From Podarcis liolepis (taxonomy: Eukaryota): 64,000 bases of DNA. Below, piece by piece: positions 1 through 11,102 of the stretch; position 1 is the stretch's first letter, and every line of letters starts with the position of its first letter. The translations under genes were made by a program, and so were the position numbers. The notes under the pieces were generated by a model. The model saw nothing but the letters and a program-made list of their open reading frames with translations, made no database searches and was not told the origin of the DNA. The stretch is from NCBI GenBank assembly GCA_965112155.1, contig OZ218104.1; one strand, given 5' to 3'.

Positions 1-157
1 GGTTAAGAACTTTGCTTCAGGATGAGAACAGAAATCGTGCTCCAGTGGCGCGCAGCAGGAGGCCCCATTAGCTAAAGTGGTGCTTCAGGTTAAGAACAGT
101 TTCAGGTTAAAAACGGACCTCCAGAACGAATTAAGTACTTAACCCGAGGTACCACTG
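1..157. mobile_element. pogo/Tc1-mariner-type MITE, right part (truncated by the window edge)
   Basis: Ends AACCCGAGGTACCACTG followed by TA; near-identical to 20969-21129. Confidence 0.9.
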
Positions 158-273
158 TACTGAAAACCAATTCTGATGAGCATCATGGGCTCAGAGGTTC
201 TCCATTTCCCCTCCGCTGGTCCAAAATGACGGCTGTTTGAGTGTAATTCAGTTTCCCCCTTCCCTCAACTCAG

Positions 274-399
274 GCATCAACGAGTGCGCCAGCAACCCCT
301 GTGCCAATGGCGGGACCTGTGTGGATGGCATCCACCGCTATAGCTGCTTGTGCCCCAGTGGTTGGTCAGGCAGCACCTGCCAAGCCCCACTGTACTCCT
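274..399 (+). CDS. Fibulin-7-like exon (EGF domain)
   Basis: cag|GC ATC AAC GAG TGC..TCC T|gtaagt; INECASNPCANGGTCVDGIHRYSCLCPSGWSGSTC. Confidence 0.9.
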
Positions 400-3300
400 G
401 TAAGTAGCAGGGGGCTGCGGTACCCCTGTCCTCATGACGGAAAATACCCTGGGGAGTGGGAAAAGGAGAGGTGGGTGCCTGGAGATATTTCCACTTCAGC
501 TTGGTTAGGCTGAGCACGTGGGGTTCATAAGAGGCCTGTGCTGTGTGACTCAGCTGGGGGTCTCCGTCCCCTGCTCCTTTACTCTATTGGGCATTGGTGC
601 AAAGAACTGACAGCTGCCTCTCAACCACAGATTGGGCGACGCTCAGCAACTCGTCCTTTAGCCGACAGCCCCGTTGCGCTGAGAATTACCTGGGCTCACG
701 CCAGTGCAGTTGCGACCCTGGCTTCCAGATGCAGGCAGGAGGCCTCTGCCAAGGTAAGGGGGAAGAGGGCTTGGCAGGTCAACAGAGATGGTGTCTTCTG
801 CTTCCCAGAAACAGAGGGATTTCCTCCCCTTGCCATCTTCCCACACACAAGGCAGGGATCTTTGGACTTTCTTCCTTCGGGAAATCTTTTGTACATATAT
901 CTGTCCTGGGCTGAATGCCACATAGCACTGGGGACAAACCCACCTGTTGCCTGCATGCCTGGCTCCTTGTGGTCTTCCTGGAGACTATCTCAGGGAACAT
1001 AGGAAGCCTTATACCGAGTTAAACCCTTGGTCCATCTAGCTCAGTGACTAGCCGCTGCTCTCCAAGATTTCAGGCAAGGAGTCTGTCCAACGCTGCCTGG
1101 AGACGCTGCTGGAAATTGAACCTGGGAAGCCAGATGCTCTGCCAGTGAGCTATAGGCTGGTCTAGATCAGGGTGCTGCTCTAAATGGATCTCAGTTTGAA
1201 CTAGAGCATCTCTTCCCCAGCCTGATGGCCTCCAGATGTTTGGTGGGCTGGGTTGATGGGAACTGAAGTCCAAAGCTTCTGGAGGGCAGCAGCTTGGGGG
1301 GGAAGGCAGAACAAGATGGAGCCCCTCAGTCTGATCCAGTGGGGGCTCCTTTTTTACCTTTTGCATTTCCACCTTGGGAGTTTTCTGCCTGGATTGCACC
1401 ATCCTCATGATTCAGGCACTAGCCCAATTACTCTACACTACCAAAATGCCCATTGTTATGACCAGCAGGCAGTACTTTGGGCAAGGGCAGCTGTGACCAA
1501 GTTATTTTGTAGCTTTTTAGTGCCTGAACACTTTCCCTTACTATATCTATAGAGCATAGGCCAAAGACTTGGCTTTAAAATGGGGTGGAGGGGGCTGTCA
1601 TCAGACCCTTATTAGCCTCCCCTGATGGGAAGCAAATAATGTTAGTGGCAGGAGAGCAGAAAAGGAGGGGGCTAATAGCCTCCAAGCCTTGCTGATAGGC
1701 TTCCTGAAAGCATTTAGCTGGCCACTGTGGATGCAGGATGCTGGCCTAGCAGGCCTTTGGTCTGATCCAGCTTCAGGGCTCTGCTTAGGTTCCAAGCACT
1801 GTATCAGATTCCCAGGAAGCAAAGGTCACAAGATCATGCCTCAGTTTAGCTCTGCTCCAATAGAGTGTCTTTTCTCCAGTTCAGTGGACCTCAGTGGACA
1901 CCCCCATTGCAGCTTGTGCTGATGTGCAGAGGGGCAATTTGTGCTCATGGGGTCTGATCCTTGAAGCAAACAACTCCAGGTGCCTGTCCATGGGCTGCTG
2001 CTCAGCCAAACTGCCCCCCCCCCAAGTCATCATTGGTTGTAGCCCTTCCTTGCTTGGTGAGTTTGTCTTTGCCTGGGCATTGATCTCCAGAAGTGCTGAG
2101 CAGAGGCTGGAAGACCCTTTTTGCTCTGCCCTTGGAGGGTCACTCAGCAGACTTCTTGCTGCCCCCCTCCAGATATCGATGAGTGCAAGCTCTTCCAGAC
2201 CAGCCGCCACACCCGCATCTGCCTCCACAAATGTGTGAACCTGCCCGGAGCCTATCGGTGTACTTGTCCCCATGGCTACCAGCTCCAGGGTGACACCAAT
2301 TCATGCAACGGTGAGTGCCTTTGCGGGGGGTGGGGTGAGAGAGAATAACTGGGGGTCAGCCGGGAGAGGAACCGCCCTGAGCTGTGTGTTCTAGGAGGCT
2401 GAAGGAGGGCATGGCGTCAAACAAACTCTCCCTGTTGTGTTTGCAAGATGTGGACGAGTGCGCAGAGAACCAGCACAACTGCAGCCAGGGACAGACCTGC
2501 ATCAACGTCTTTGGGGGCTTCCGCTGTGTGCGGCCCGAATGCCCCAAGGCCCAACTCAATATCAGCTACGTCAAGACTTCAGCCATGTAAGTACAAGCTC
2601 TAGAGTTCACTCAGGATGGAAGCAGCAGCCTTTGCCAGCAACTGCTCCACTCCCTGGGCAGAAGCACCTCATAGCCTCCCAGAGCCTTCACCCCATTGCC
2701 CCCTAGAGCTTCCCTTCGCTCTTCTCCCCCTTGAGCCAGAACAGAGATGGTGGCCATCCCACTTTTCATCCCGTATGGATTGAGATGCTGTGGGAATCGA
2801 CTGACCAGGGACTGTTTTCAGCTGATGTGAACACATTGTTGTATCGCACATAGTTAAACTGTGGAACTCACTCCCACAGCGATGGCCACCAACCTAGACA
2901 TCTTTAAGAGAGGGTTAGACAAATTAATGGGGGAAAAAGTCTATCAGCCAGGGTGGCTATAAAGCTTCTGAATACCAGTTGCTGGAAGCCCTGGTGTGGG
3001 GTGGAGGAGCGTTTTTGTGCTGGGGCCCCTGTGGTTGGCCCCTGAGAGCAGGGGCCATTGGGCTGGTCCAGCAGGCTTGCCTTATGCTCTTATACAGGCT
3101 CCCAAGAATCTCCCAACGCTTTCTTCCCTTCTTTCTCTCTCTCTCTCTCTCCTGGCCAAACAAAAACCAAGAGTCTGGAATAGCTCAGTCGGCAGAGCAT
3201 GAGACGCTTAATTGCAGAGTCGTGGGGTTGAGCCCCATGCTGGTCAAAGGATTCTTGAATTGCCCAGGGTTGGACTAGATGACCCTCGTGGTCCCTTCCA

Positions 3301-4433
3301 ACTCTATAGTTCTACGAGCCCCTGCACAGCATTGAGCCTTATGGAGGAGGGAGGGACTTGTACTGGCACCGCTGGAAGTTCCTTCCTCCCCAGCAAGCCT
3401 CATTGCCACATTTGAAAGGCTGAGGAATATATTCCAGAGGCACAGTGTAGCAGATGGGGGCAGGAGTCTAAAGACGCCCCCTCCTTTTTTCTATTTACAG
3501 AACCACTTATTAAGCCAATCAGAGGCTCCACAAAGCCAGCAGGACTTGGCTATTTCTATCTCACTGGGTGCAAGCCCCCCAATTTGTTATTTAGACTGGC
3601 ATCCATTAAAGATAGGATTGTAGAGTTGGGAGCACCTAGGGGCCATCTAGTCCAACCCCCTGCAATGCAGGGAACACAGCTGAAGAATCCCTGACAGATG
3701 GCCATCCAACCTCTGCTTATAAACCTCCTATGAAAGAGAGTCCACCATTTCCCACAGTAGTCCATTCCACTGTCAACAGCTCTTGCATCAAAGATATCCC
3801 TAATGTTTGGTCCACTCATCCCAGTAGCTCAGTGGGTCAGGCCATGACTTTGCACGCAGAAAGTCCCAGGTTTAGTCCTCAGCATCTCCTGTAGCAAAGC
3901 AGGTCAGGATGGGCTGCCACCAGGCTCAGGACACAGTACCAGGCTAGATGAATCAAAGGTCTGGCTGTTTCTGGGTATAGGGAATGTTGGGGGCCCCATC
4001 CAGGCCTGCTTTGATGGGGCAAAATGTCTCCAACTGGCCCTGCCTGAGTGCCTCTTCTATGTCCTCTCCTAGGCAGTGCGAGCGCAGCCCTTGTCCCATG
4101 GAGAACAACGCCTGTCGGAGGGCGGCCAACTCCATCTCTTTCCATTACTTGCCTCTCCCGTCCAACCGCACTGTGCCCAGGGTCCTCTTCAAGATGTCCA
4201 CCAGCCGCTTTGTGGGAGACAGCCTGCGCTTCAGCATCTTAGGGGGCAACAGCCAGGGGAAGCTGGTTGTGCAGCGCTTGGACCAGCACACAGGGGAACT
4301 GGTGCTCACCCGGCCAGCCGTGGGGCCGACGACACTGGAGGTGGAGCTGGAGATGAGCGAGTTTGCCCGGAAGACCCTCCTGGGGAAACACATCTTCAAG
4401 ATCACAGTCTTCGTTTCCCAGTACGAATTCTGA
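274..4433 (+). CDS. Fibulin-7-like gene (FBLN7 paralogue), 3' part: coding exons 274-399, 631-753, 2173-2310, 2448-2586, 4073-4433
   Basis: Spliced translation gives EGF (INECASNPCANGGTC), a 4-Cys degenerate EGF (FSRQPRC..CSCDPGF), two cbEGF (DIDEC, DVDEC) and a fibulin C-terminal domain ending VSQYEF*. Colinear with FBLN7 (SYVKTS-QCERxPCPM, ISFHYL, SLRFxIxGGNS). All junctions are GT-AG and in phase. 5' exons lie upstream of the window. Confidence 0.9.
631..753 (+). CDS. Fibulin-7-like exon (degenerate EGF)
   Basis: cag|AT TGG..CAA G|gtaagg; FSRQPRCAENYLGSRQCSCDPGFQMQAGGLCQ. Confidence 0.9.
994..1157 (-). mobile_element. Squamate tRNA-derived SINE (Squam3-like)
   Basis: Minus strand head TAGCTCACTGGCAGAGCATCTG..GGTTCAAT (A/B boxes), tail GAGCTAGATGGACCAA..CTTCCTATGTTCC. 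Confidence 0.75.
2173..2310 (+). CDS. Fibulin-7-like exon (cbEGF)
   Basis: ccag|AT ATC GAT GAG TGC..AAC G|gtgagt; DIDECKLFQ..CVNLPGAYRCTCPHGY. Confidence 0.92.
2448..2586 (+). CDS. Fibulin-7-like exon (cbEGF)
   Basis: aag|AT GTG GAC GAG TGC..GCC AT|gtaagt; DVDECAENQHNC..SYVKTSA. Confidence 0.92.
2810..3095 (+). mobile_element. CR1-like 3'-end fragment of a second family; related pieces at 1680-1790, 6860-7025 and 27570-27835
   Basis: TGTGGAACTCACTCCCACAG..GGGTTAGACAAATT..CTGAATACCAGTTGCTGG..CTTATG motifs shared among the copies. Confidence 0.6.
3173..3314 (+). mobile_element. tRNA-Lys-derived SINE with a CR1-type 3' tail
   Basis: Head TAGCTCAGTCGGCAGAGCATGAGACGCTTAAT..GTCGTGGGGTTGAGCCCCA resembles decayed tRNA-Lys; tail GGACTAGATGACCCT..GGTCCCTTCCAACTCTATAGTTCTA matches a CR1 3' end. 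Confidence 0.85.
3611..3810 (-). mobile_element. CR1 3'-end fragment (older)
   Basis: Similar to the 3' end of the CR1 at 5570-5750 (GGCCATCTAGTCCAACCCCCTGC, CCTCTGCTT). Confidence 0.75.
3820..3986 (+). mobile_element. Squamate tRNA-derived SINE (Squam3-like), decayed
   Basis: GTAGCTCAGTGG..TTTGCACGCAGAAAGTCCCAGGTTTAGTCC..GCTAGATG. Confidence 0.65.
4073..4433 (+). CDS. Fibulin-7-like last coding exon (fibulin C-terminal domain)
   Basis: ctag|G CAG TGC GAG CGC..GAA TTC TGA; QCERSPCPM..ITVFVSQYEF*. Confidence 0.92.
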
Positions 4434-5492
4434 GCCGCATCCTCACCAGCCCCATAGAAGAGCATCAGCAGCTGTGGAGGATGCAAGTCTGGCCTCCTCT
4501 GAAATGCACTAGTCTGCTGCAAAAGGGGCCGAAAAGCCACCCTGCTGGATGTATCCACCCCTCTGTGCCCCTTGGAGAAAGACTCCATGCTGGACTGGTC
4601 CCCTCTCCCATCTTTGTCACTATATGGGCAGTGCCCCCATCTTGGGGGGACAGAGCAAGGAAGGCACAACACAGTTCCCAGATACAGCTGGCAGAAGCTG
4701 GGCATCTGTGCTTGAAAGTGCAGCCCCATTTTCCAGTCCCAACTGGGCAAAGGGATCAAACCCACCAGTATTAACAGGGGTGCCCCGTGGCCGCAGCAAG
4801 AACGTCTCTCCACCATTGCAGGAGCCAGTTACGGAAAAAATAGAGGGGGGTTCCTCCAGTTTTACCAAAAAGAGTCGCAGAAGAGGCTCTGTCCCCAGAA
4901 ATCAAAAGGCAAATAACCAAAGTCTGAAGAATGCCACCAGCACAGAAGCATCCTTTGCAATGCTAGGGGAGAACTGTAGGCAAGAGATGCCTGGACTTGA
5001 GAGACGGACCTGGGTGCTTTGCAAGATGTAGTTCTTAGCCTGTGCCTTCCAGCATTACAAAGCATTTCTAGTTGTTTGTGGTTGGTTGTTTCTCTCTCTC
5101 TTTCTTACATGTTTTAAAACACAAGTACAAGTCAGACTGAGCCCAGAAGAGTTGGGAGGTGGACAGTGACCAAGCAAAAACATTCAAGGAGGGTATACCA
5201 AGGAGGACCAATGGGGGGGGGGGCGTTTCCAAGGGGCAGATAAAAAGGCATGGTCCCATGTTGGGAGTTACCTGTTGATGGAAGCTTTTGGAGTTTGTTC
5301 TTTTTGTTTGTCTGACTAGCAATAGTCACCTGGTTTTAAAGAAATCAGGTTGGAAATCTAAAAATTACACAAAAGCAAAGGTCAGCATTAACTGCAGGAC
5401 AGTTGGGGGAAGGGGCAGGATGCCTAGAGCCCCTGCCACCCAATTTCTAAACAAAGACCAAATCCCACTCTTCTCCAGTCCCTGTAGGGGAA

Positions 5493-6660
5493 AGAATAAT
5501 AGAATAATAGAATCATAGAGTTGGAGAGTTGGAAAGAATCATAGACTCATAGAGTTCGAATCATAGAGACCACAAGGGCCATCGAGTCCAACCCCCTGCC
5601 AAGCAGAAAACACCATCAGAGCACTCCTGACATATGGCTGTCAAGCCTCTGCTTAAAGACCTCCAAAGTAGGAGACTCCACCACACTCCTTGGCAGCAAA
5701 TTGCACTGTCGAACAGCTCTTACTGTCAGGAAGTTCTTCCTAATGTTTAGGTGGAATCTTCTTCCTTGTAGTTTGGATCCATTGCTCCGTGTCCGCTTCT
5801 CTGGAGCAGCAGAAAACAACCTTTCTCCCTCCTCTATGTGACATCCTTTTATATATTTGAACATGGCTATCATATCACCCCTTAACCTCTTCTCCAGGCT
5901 AAACATGCCCAGTTCCCGTAGCCGTTCCTCATAAGGCATCATTTCCAGGCCTTTGACCATTTTGGTTGCCCTCCTCTGGACACGTTCCAGTTTGTCAGTG
6001 TCCTTCTTGAACTGTGGTGCCCAGAACTGGACACAGTACTCCAGGTGAGGTCTGACCAGAGCAGAATACAGTGGCACTATTACTTCCCTTGATCTAGATG
6101 CTATACTCCTATTGATGAGGCCCAGAATTGCATTGGCTTTTTTAGCTGCCGCGTCACACTGTTGGCTCATGTCAAGTTTGTGGTCAACCAAGACTCCTAG
6201 ATCCTTTTCACATGTACTGCTCTCAAGCCAGGTGTCACCCATCTTGTATTTGTGCCTCTCGTTTTTTTTGCCCAAGTGCAATACTTTACATTTCTCCCTG
6301 TTAAAGTTCATCTTGTTTGTTTTGGCCCAGATCTCTAATCTGTCAAGGTCGTTTTGAAGTGTGATCCTGTCCTCTGGGGTGTTAGCCACCCTTCCCAGTT
6401 TGGTGTCATCTGCAAATTTGATCAGGATGCCCTTGAGTCCATCATCCAAGTCGTTGATAAAGATGCTGAATAAGACCGGGCCCAAGACAGAACCCTGTGG
6501 CACCCCACTAGTCACTCTTCTCCAGGATGAAGAGGAACCATTGATGAGCACCCTTTGGGTTCGGTCAGTCAGCCAGTTACAAATCCACTGAGTGGTAGCA
6601 TAGTCAAGACCGCATTTTACCAGCTTCTTTACAAGAATATCATGGGGCACCTTGTCAAAG
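5493..6660 (-). mobile_element. CR1 LINE, 5'-truncated, young; C-terminal part of ORF2 reverse transcriptase (5616-6660) plus 3' tail
   Basis: [40 protein letters not shown] and HLNIRKNFL are CR1 ORF2 motifs; frame open for ~350 codons; (ATTCTATG)-type tail at 5493-5570. Confidence 0.95.
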
Positions 6661-7658
6661 AGAGGTTCATAGAATGAGAATATTGCCTTTCTTAAATAAC
6701 CATTAAATGGCCCTCCAGGTGGCTTGCATTGTGCATTGCAGGTGTATCGGGACACCACTGGTTTATAAGGCACACCCAATGCCAACCCTCTGAAGTCTCC
6801 CTCTGCCCTCACCCACCCACTGCAAATGGCTGTGACCTGAAGATATTCCATGAACAACTGCAATGCTTCTGAACCCCAGTTACTGGAAACCACAGGAGGG
6901 GAGAGGGCTCTTGTGCTTGCATCCTGCTCACAGCTTTCCCACAGGCATCTGGTTGGTCATTGTGAAAACAGGATGCTGGGCAAGATGGGCCACTGGCCTC
7001 ATCCAGTAGGCTCTTCTTATGGGCTTGTTTTCAGTTACAAGCATCAAGATAGTTCACTGAAGGAGCACCTACTGCTACCTTAAACATCAGTTCCGGATGC
7101 CACACATGCAATCTGAGTCACATGCAGGGAAAGCTGCTGTGAGGTACAGATTCCTCGCGTGGTTTGGCAACCCCTTGCTAGATCATGTGTGGCTGGAGCA
7201 AAAGTTAAAACAAAGGGTGGCCCATGTGAGGGTGTAAGGATGGGCACCAACGTTACCAAAGGGATATTAAGTCCCTCTGGGCTGAGGTCAAGAGGGACTG
7301 GCTTGCTAAAGGTCTGGTGAAGTTATGGCCCAGGCAAGAGTCAAAGTGGAGGCCCCCTAAACTCCACTTCCCATTGTCCCACATGCAGCTAGCCAGTAAT
7401 CCCCAATAAAAGCTGCTTAACTGGGGTTGGGGGCATCAGAACAGCCTTCCCATCTCTGGGGTTGATGGGAGCCATAGTCCAAAAAGCCTGGAGGGTACTA
7501 GGTTAGGGTTGCTGCATTAGACCGGGCTCAGAAATCTCTCTCACACAGACAGAAAACTGAGAAAGGCTGGGGAGTTCAAGTTCAGAACTCAGCCAGTCTC
7601 CTGGACAGGCCTGGGGAACAAGTCACAGACTCTGCAGCAACAGTAGTTAAAACAACTC

Positions 7659-7664
7659 TTTATT
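7659..7664 (-). terminator. Candidate PDPR polyadenylation signal AATAAA (3' UTR ~3 kb)
   Basis: Minus strand reads tgtatatcAATAAAgagttgttttaac: upstream UGUA and GU-rich downstream sequence. Confidence 0.55.
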
Positions 7665-10089
7665 GATATACAAACCAGGTAGCATTGAAAACCAAAGTGG
7701 GACAGGAAATATATCTGCAGAAATGCCGCATGATGAAGATGCAGGCTTCCCGGTTGGACAGGAAAGGAAGCTGCTCCCTCGCCTTTGTGCGCTTTGGACC
7801 AGGAGTCCTTGGGAACTTCCACTGGAAGAGGAGCAGAGCATCTCCCAATGTCCTGGTTTTCCAGTCCAGACCGATATACACTCTCTGCAGAGGTGCAGGC
7901 GCAGCAACAGCAGTCGATGCCAGCGACACCCAGAGAGGGTCAGAAGGGTCCAGAGCACCCCAAGAATCCTGCCATGGTGGCCTGCGGCAGCCAAGCAGCA
8001 GAGTTTTTGATACAGGGTGGAGCTGAGGCACGACTCTGCTCCCTCCGTTAGGAAACATTCATGAGGCGTAAGGCACTCCAGAGTGAAGGGGAGGGTTCGC
8101 TCAGCTTCCAGATCTCCGGTGCCTGTTCCACAAAAGAGATGCTGGCAAGTGCTCTTAATTTAATAATGATGCTTAAAAAAACAAAAACCACCTCTGCTAG
8201 TTTTGGAGTTGATTCCATGAAGGAATGATCACAGAGGGCTGGCAATCAAGGTCAAAATGAACAAATGTGTTTAAAGTGCATCTGAGAATGAAAAGGGAGT
8301 GAGTATTGAAGGAGTGATTCTAGGAGCAGGGAGGGAAGAACCAGGAGTGAGTGAGAGAGATTGTTAGATAAGGAATCCCTCAAAACATTATTTTGGAAAA
8401 GGCAGAAGACCCAAACTCTGCAGGATTGTGGAGGCTGCTCTGGGTAGGGCCTTGCAGGTATCACAAGGATGGCCTTCATGCTCAAGGACTTCTGCTCTGC
8501 CTTCCTGCCTTGTCTGCCTGCTATGAATTCCCCCCGCAAAACTTTTGTCTTTGGTGCAAAGGTAGCTGCAGGTAAGGAGGCCCCTGTACCATTTACTTGC
8601 ATCTGGCCAGAAATTTAGCAACAAAACCAACCCTGCTGTTTACGAGAGCTGACAGTGATGTGGGAGGGACTTTAAAACTTATGCATGTTTGGGAAACAGC
8701 ATGGGGAGGGGAGCCTTGAGAAGCTCCTAGAAGCCGAAATGGGATGGTCATACACACAGCAAGTAGCAAGTTCTTTTAAGCTCACTGTAAAAGCCCCCTG
8801 TCCATTTATGAAAAATAAATGGGAAGCAACACAATTAGAAGGGGGAGAGCAAAGGGACCATCTGGTCTTTGGTCGAGCTGGCTTCAGCTGCATCTCACAC
8901 ACTTCCTGGGGCAGATGCTGAGGAAGTCTCGCCATCTGTGCTGCTGTCTTGGGGGGTCCTGCCTGACAGTCTTGGTAATACAGTCTCTCAGTCTCCTCTT
9001 CCAGCAGCGGTGGCCGGCTGTGGGAAATGTTCAGTTCTGCCTCTCCTTGTGTGAGGAGCCATTTCTGACGGGCCCAAGGCCTCAGGATCAGTGCTACAAG
9101 GAACTCTGTTCAAGAGACATCTACACAGAAGACCCTATCTAGACTTTTTTTTTTTTTGCTGACTGGCAACCTTGGAGTATGGGAGCAGGGACCTCAGGCA
9201 TTTGCCCTCGGAAAGGGCAGCAGCACTGAAAAACATTGCATGGGTAATGGTCAGCAACATTATGATATGTCAAGCAACTGAGACAGGAGGAGAGAAGAGT
9301 TGCCTGGCATATAGAAAAAAGGGAGGAAGGGAAAGACACAAAGCAGCCTCAGGGAGCCAGTCGAAAGGATTTTTCAAAGGGAGCCGTGGCAGCATGAAAT
9401 CCCACCGATCTATATTGCTGGGAGAATTTGCAAGGCACAGATGCCCTGCCTCTTTCCTCAAGATCAGTTTCCCTTTTCTTGTTTGCAGTGACAGCTAACT
9501 GGACTGCTGCAAGTGGCCAGAGGTCACTCTTCGGCATGGCATGCCTGCCTTTCAGTGCAAATTTCCCTGGCTTAAAGAAACCCCAGCCTCAAATCATTTC
9601 CATGACAGTGAGAAGGCTGAGACTCTTCCCTCCACCCAACACAAACACTCCCTAAAGCCTGAGATGGGACAGCCCTCCTTGTGAAAGATGGCATGCAAGA
9701 TTCTGTTCTCAGCAGCTGCAGAGGAGGCGAGTGCTGGGAAGGACGAGAGCCATTCTGGGGCCAAGCAAAGGTGACCAACCACTTACCCACAGGACTTGGG
9801 ATGGGGGGGGTGCCAACACAAAGCCAAGACACAACCCATGGCTCAGCCATTGTTAAGATGGTGCAGCTTACACCCACAGCCCTCAGCCCCAACCTCTAAG
9901 CAACTACAGGCCTGTTGACTAAAGGTTGGTCGGCCCCTAAGTGGCACAGGTGAGGGTTTTGAACACCATATATTGCACAACCAACCAATCCAAGACTGAA
10001 CACAAAAAAGAACAAAGTAGAAGGGAAGGAGGATTCTGCAAACCCAAAAACAAGCACCCTCAGCCACACAATCCATAGACACTGAGGAG

Positions 10090-10178
10090 TCCATTCCAGG
10101 GACTCCAAATTTTCTGTAGGATGCTGACCCAGGCAACTCCATTCCAGGCACACCAAATTTTCTGTAGGATGCTGACCC
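10090..10178. repeat. Tandem duplication, period 48 bp, in the PDPR 3' UTR
   Basis: CCATTCCAGG..CCAAATTTTCTGTAGGATGCTGACCC occurs twice. Confidence 0.9.
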
Positions 10179-10697
10179 TATGTGGTGCAGCTCATAGATT
10201 GCTCACACCCACTCCTAACGTGGAGAAAAACTCGCTGTTACCTTACAATGCCTGCTGGCCTCTCCAGCAGGCAGCACAAGGAAGAAAACTGCAAAGGACA
10301 AGGGCTGGCCGCTGGGTGTTGGTGCACAGGTGCCTGATGGGCCCTGGGGTGATGTGGCACGTTGCAAGAGAGGAGAGATCCCAAGGGCCCGAGGCTGCTT
10401 CCAAGCGCAAGAAGTCCCACCAGGCCACAGCCAATGTTCTCAGGGCACAGGAGTCCTTGCTGATTGGACAAGTGGAGGCTGGAGCTCAGGACTCAACAGA
10501 GCCCTTTTGGCCTGGAGCTCAGGGGCTTCAGCCAATGTTGGAAAACAACCAGGATGAGCAGAAAAGAAGAGATATGTATGGAAGGAGAGGAAAAGGGGGG
10601 AAAAGTGTTATGATATACAAAATGTAACAGACCAGAGGGGCTATACAAAGTCCCAACGAGCAGCAGCGTTAAAAAGTCTGAAAGATGCAGCACTGAG

Positions 10698-11102
10698 TTA
10701 TTTCCCCTGGAAGCCACTGAACTCCATTTCATCCTTGCGCCGGCGGGTCGTGAAGAGGGAGCTGAAGGGATAAAGCTTGGCCTTGGCCTGGAAGCGCTGC
10801 CCTGCAATATCAATCTCGTATTCACCCTGGTTGACGAAGTCGGGTGTCACCGGCTGCTCCTCACCGGTCTCTGGGTCCACGTTCAGGACGAAACCCAGGC
10901 AGACGTGCCGCTCCAGTGTGTAGCTATAGGCACTGCTGGTGGTCTTGCCGGCGTACTGGCCATTCCGGTAGATGGGCTCCCCCCACCAGGGCCACAGGTC
11001 CAAGTCTGTGTCGTGGTCTTCAAGGACGAACATGATGAAGCGCTTGTAGACCCCTTCCTGCTTCTGCTGCATCAGCGCCTCCCGCCCTATGAAGTCAGTG
11101 CC
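10698..11102 (-). CDS. PDPR: PDPR last coding exon
   Basis: GTDFIGREAL..DLWPWWGEPIYRNG..FQGK*; acceptor ctgcag|, TAA at 10700-10698. Confidence 0.95.
   Translation of the reverse strand, partial: GTDFIGREALMQQKQEGVYKRFIMFVLEDHDTDLDLWPWWGEPIYRNGQYAGKTTSSAYSYTLERHVCLGFVLNVDPETGEEQPVTPDFVNQGEYEIDIAGQRFQAKAKLYPFSSLFTTRRRKDEMEFSGFQGK

Noticed and set aside
3173-3245. Functional tRNA-Lys gene
   Set aside because: The anticodon stem, T-loop (GGTTGAG instead of GTTCGAG) and acceptor stem are degenerate, and it runs directly into a CR1 tail, so it is a SINE head.
4076-5031. Overlapping 160-232 aa ORFs on both strands at the fibulin-like last exon
   Set aside because: Alternative-frame or antisense shadows of a GC-rich exon and UTR, with no recognisable domains.
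5616-6893. 425-aa ORF as a host gene or domesticated reverse transcriptase
   Set aside because: CR1 similarity stops at ~6660. The first ~78 residues are chance read-through into flanking DNA, and the endonuclease and N-terminal RT motifs are missing. It is a 5'-truncated insertion.
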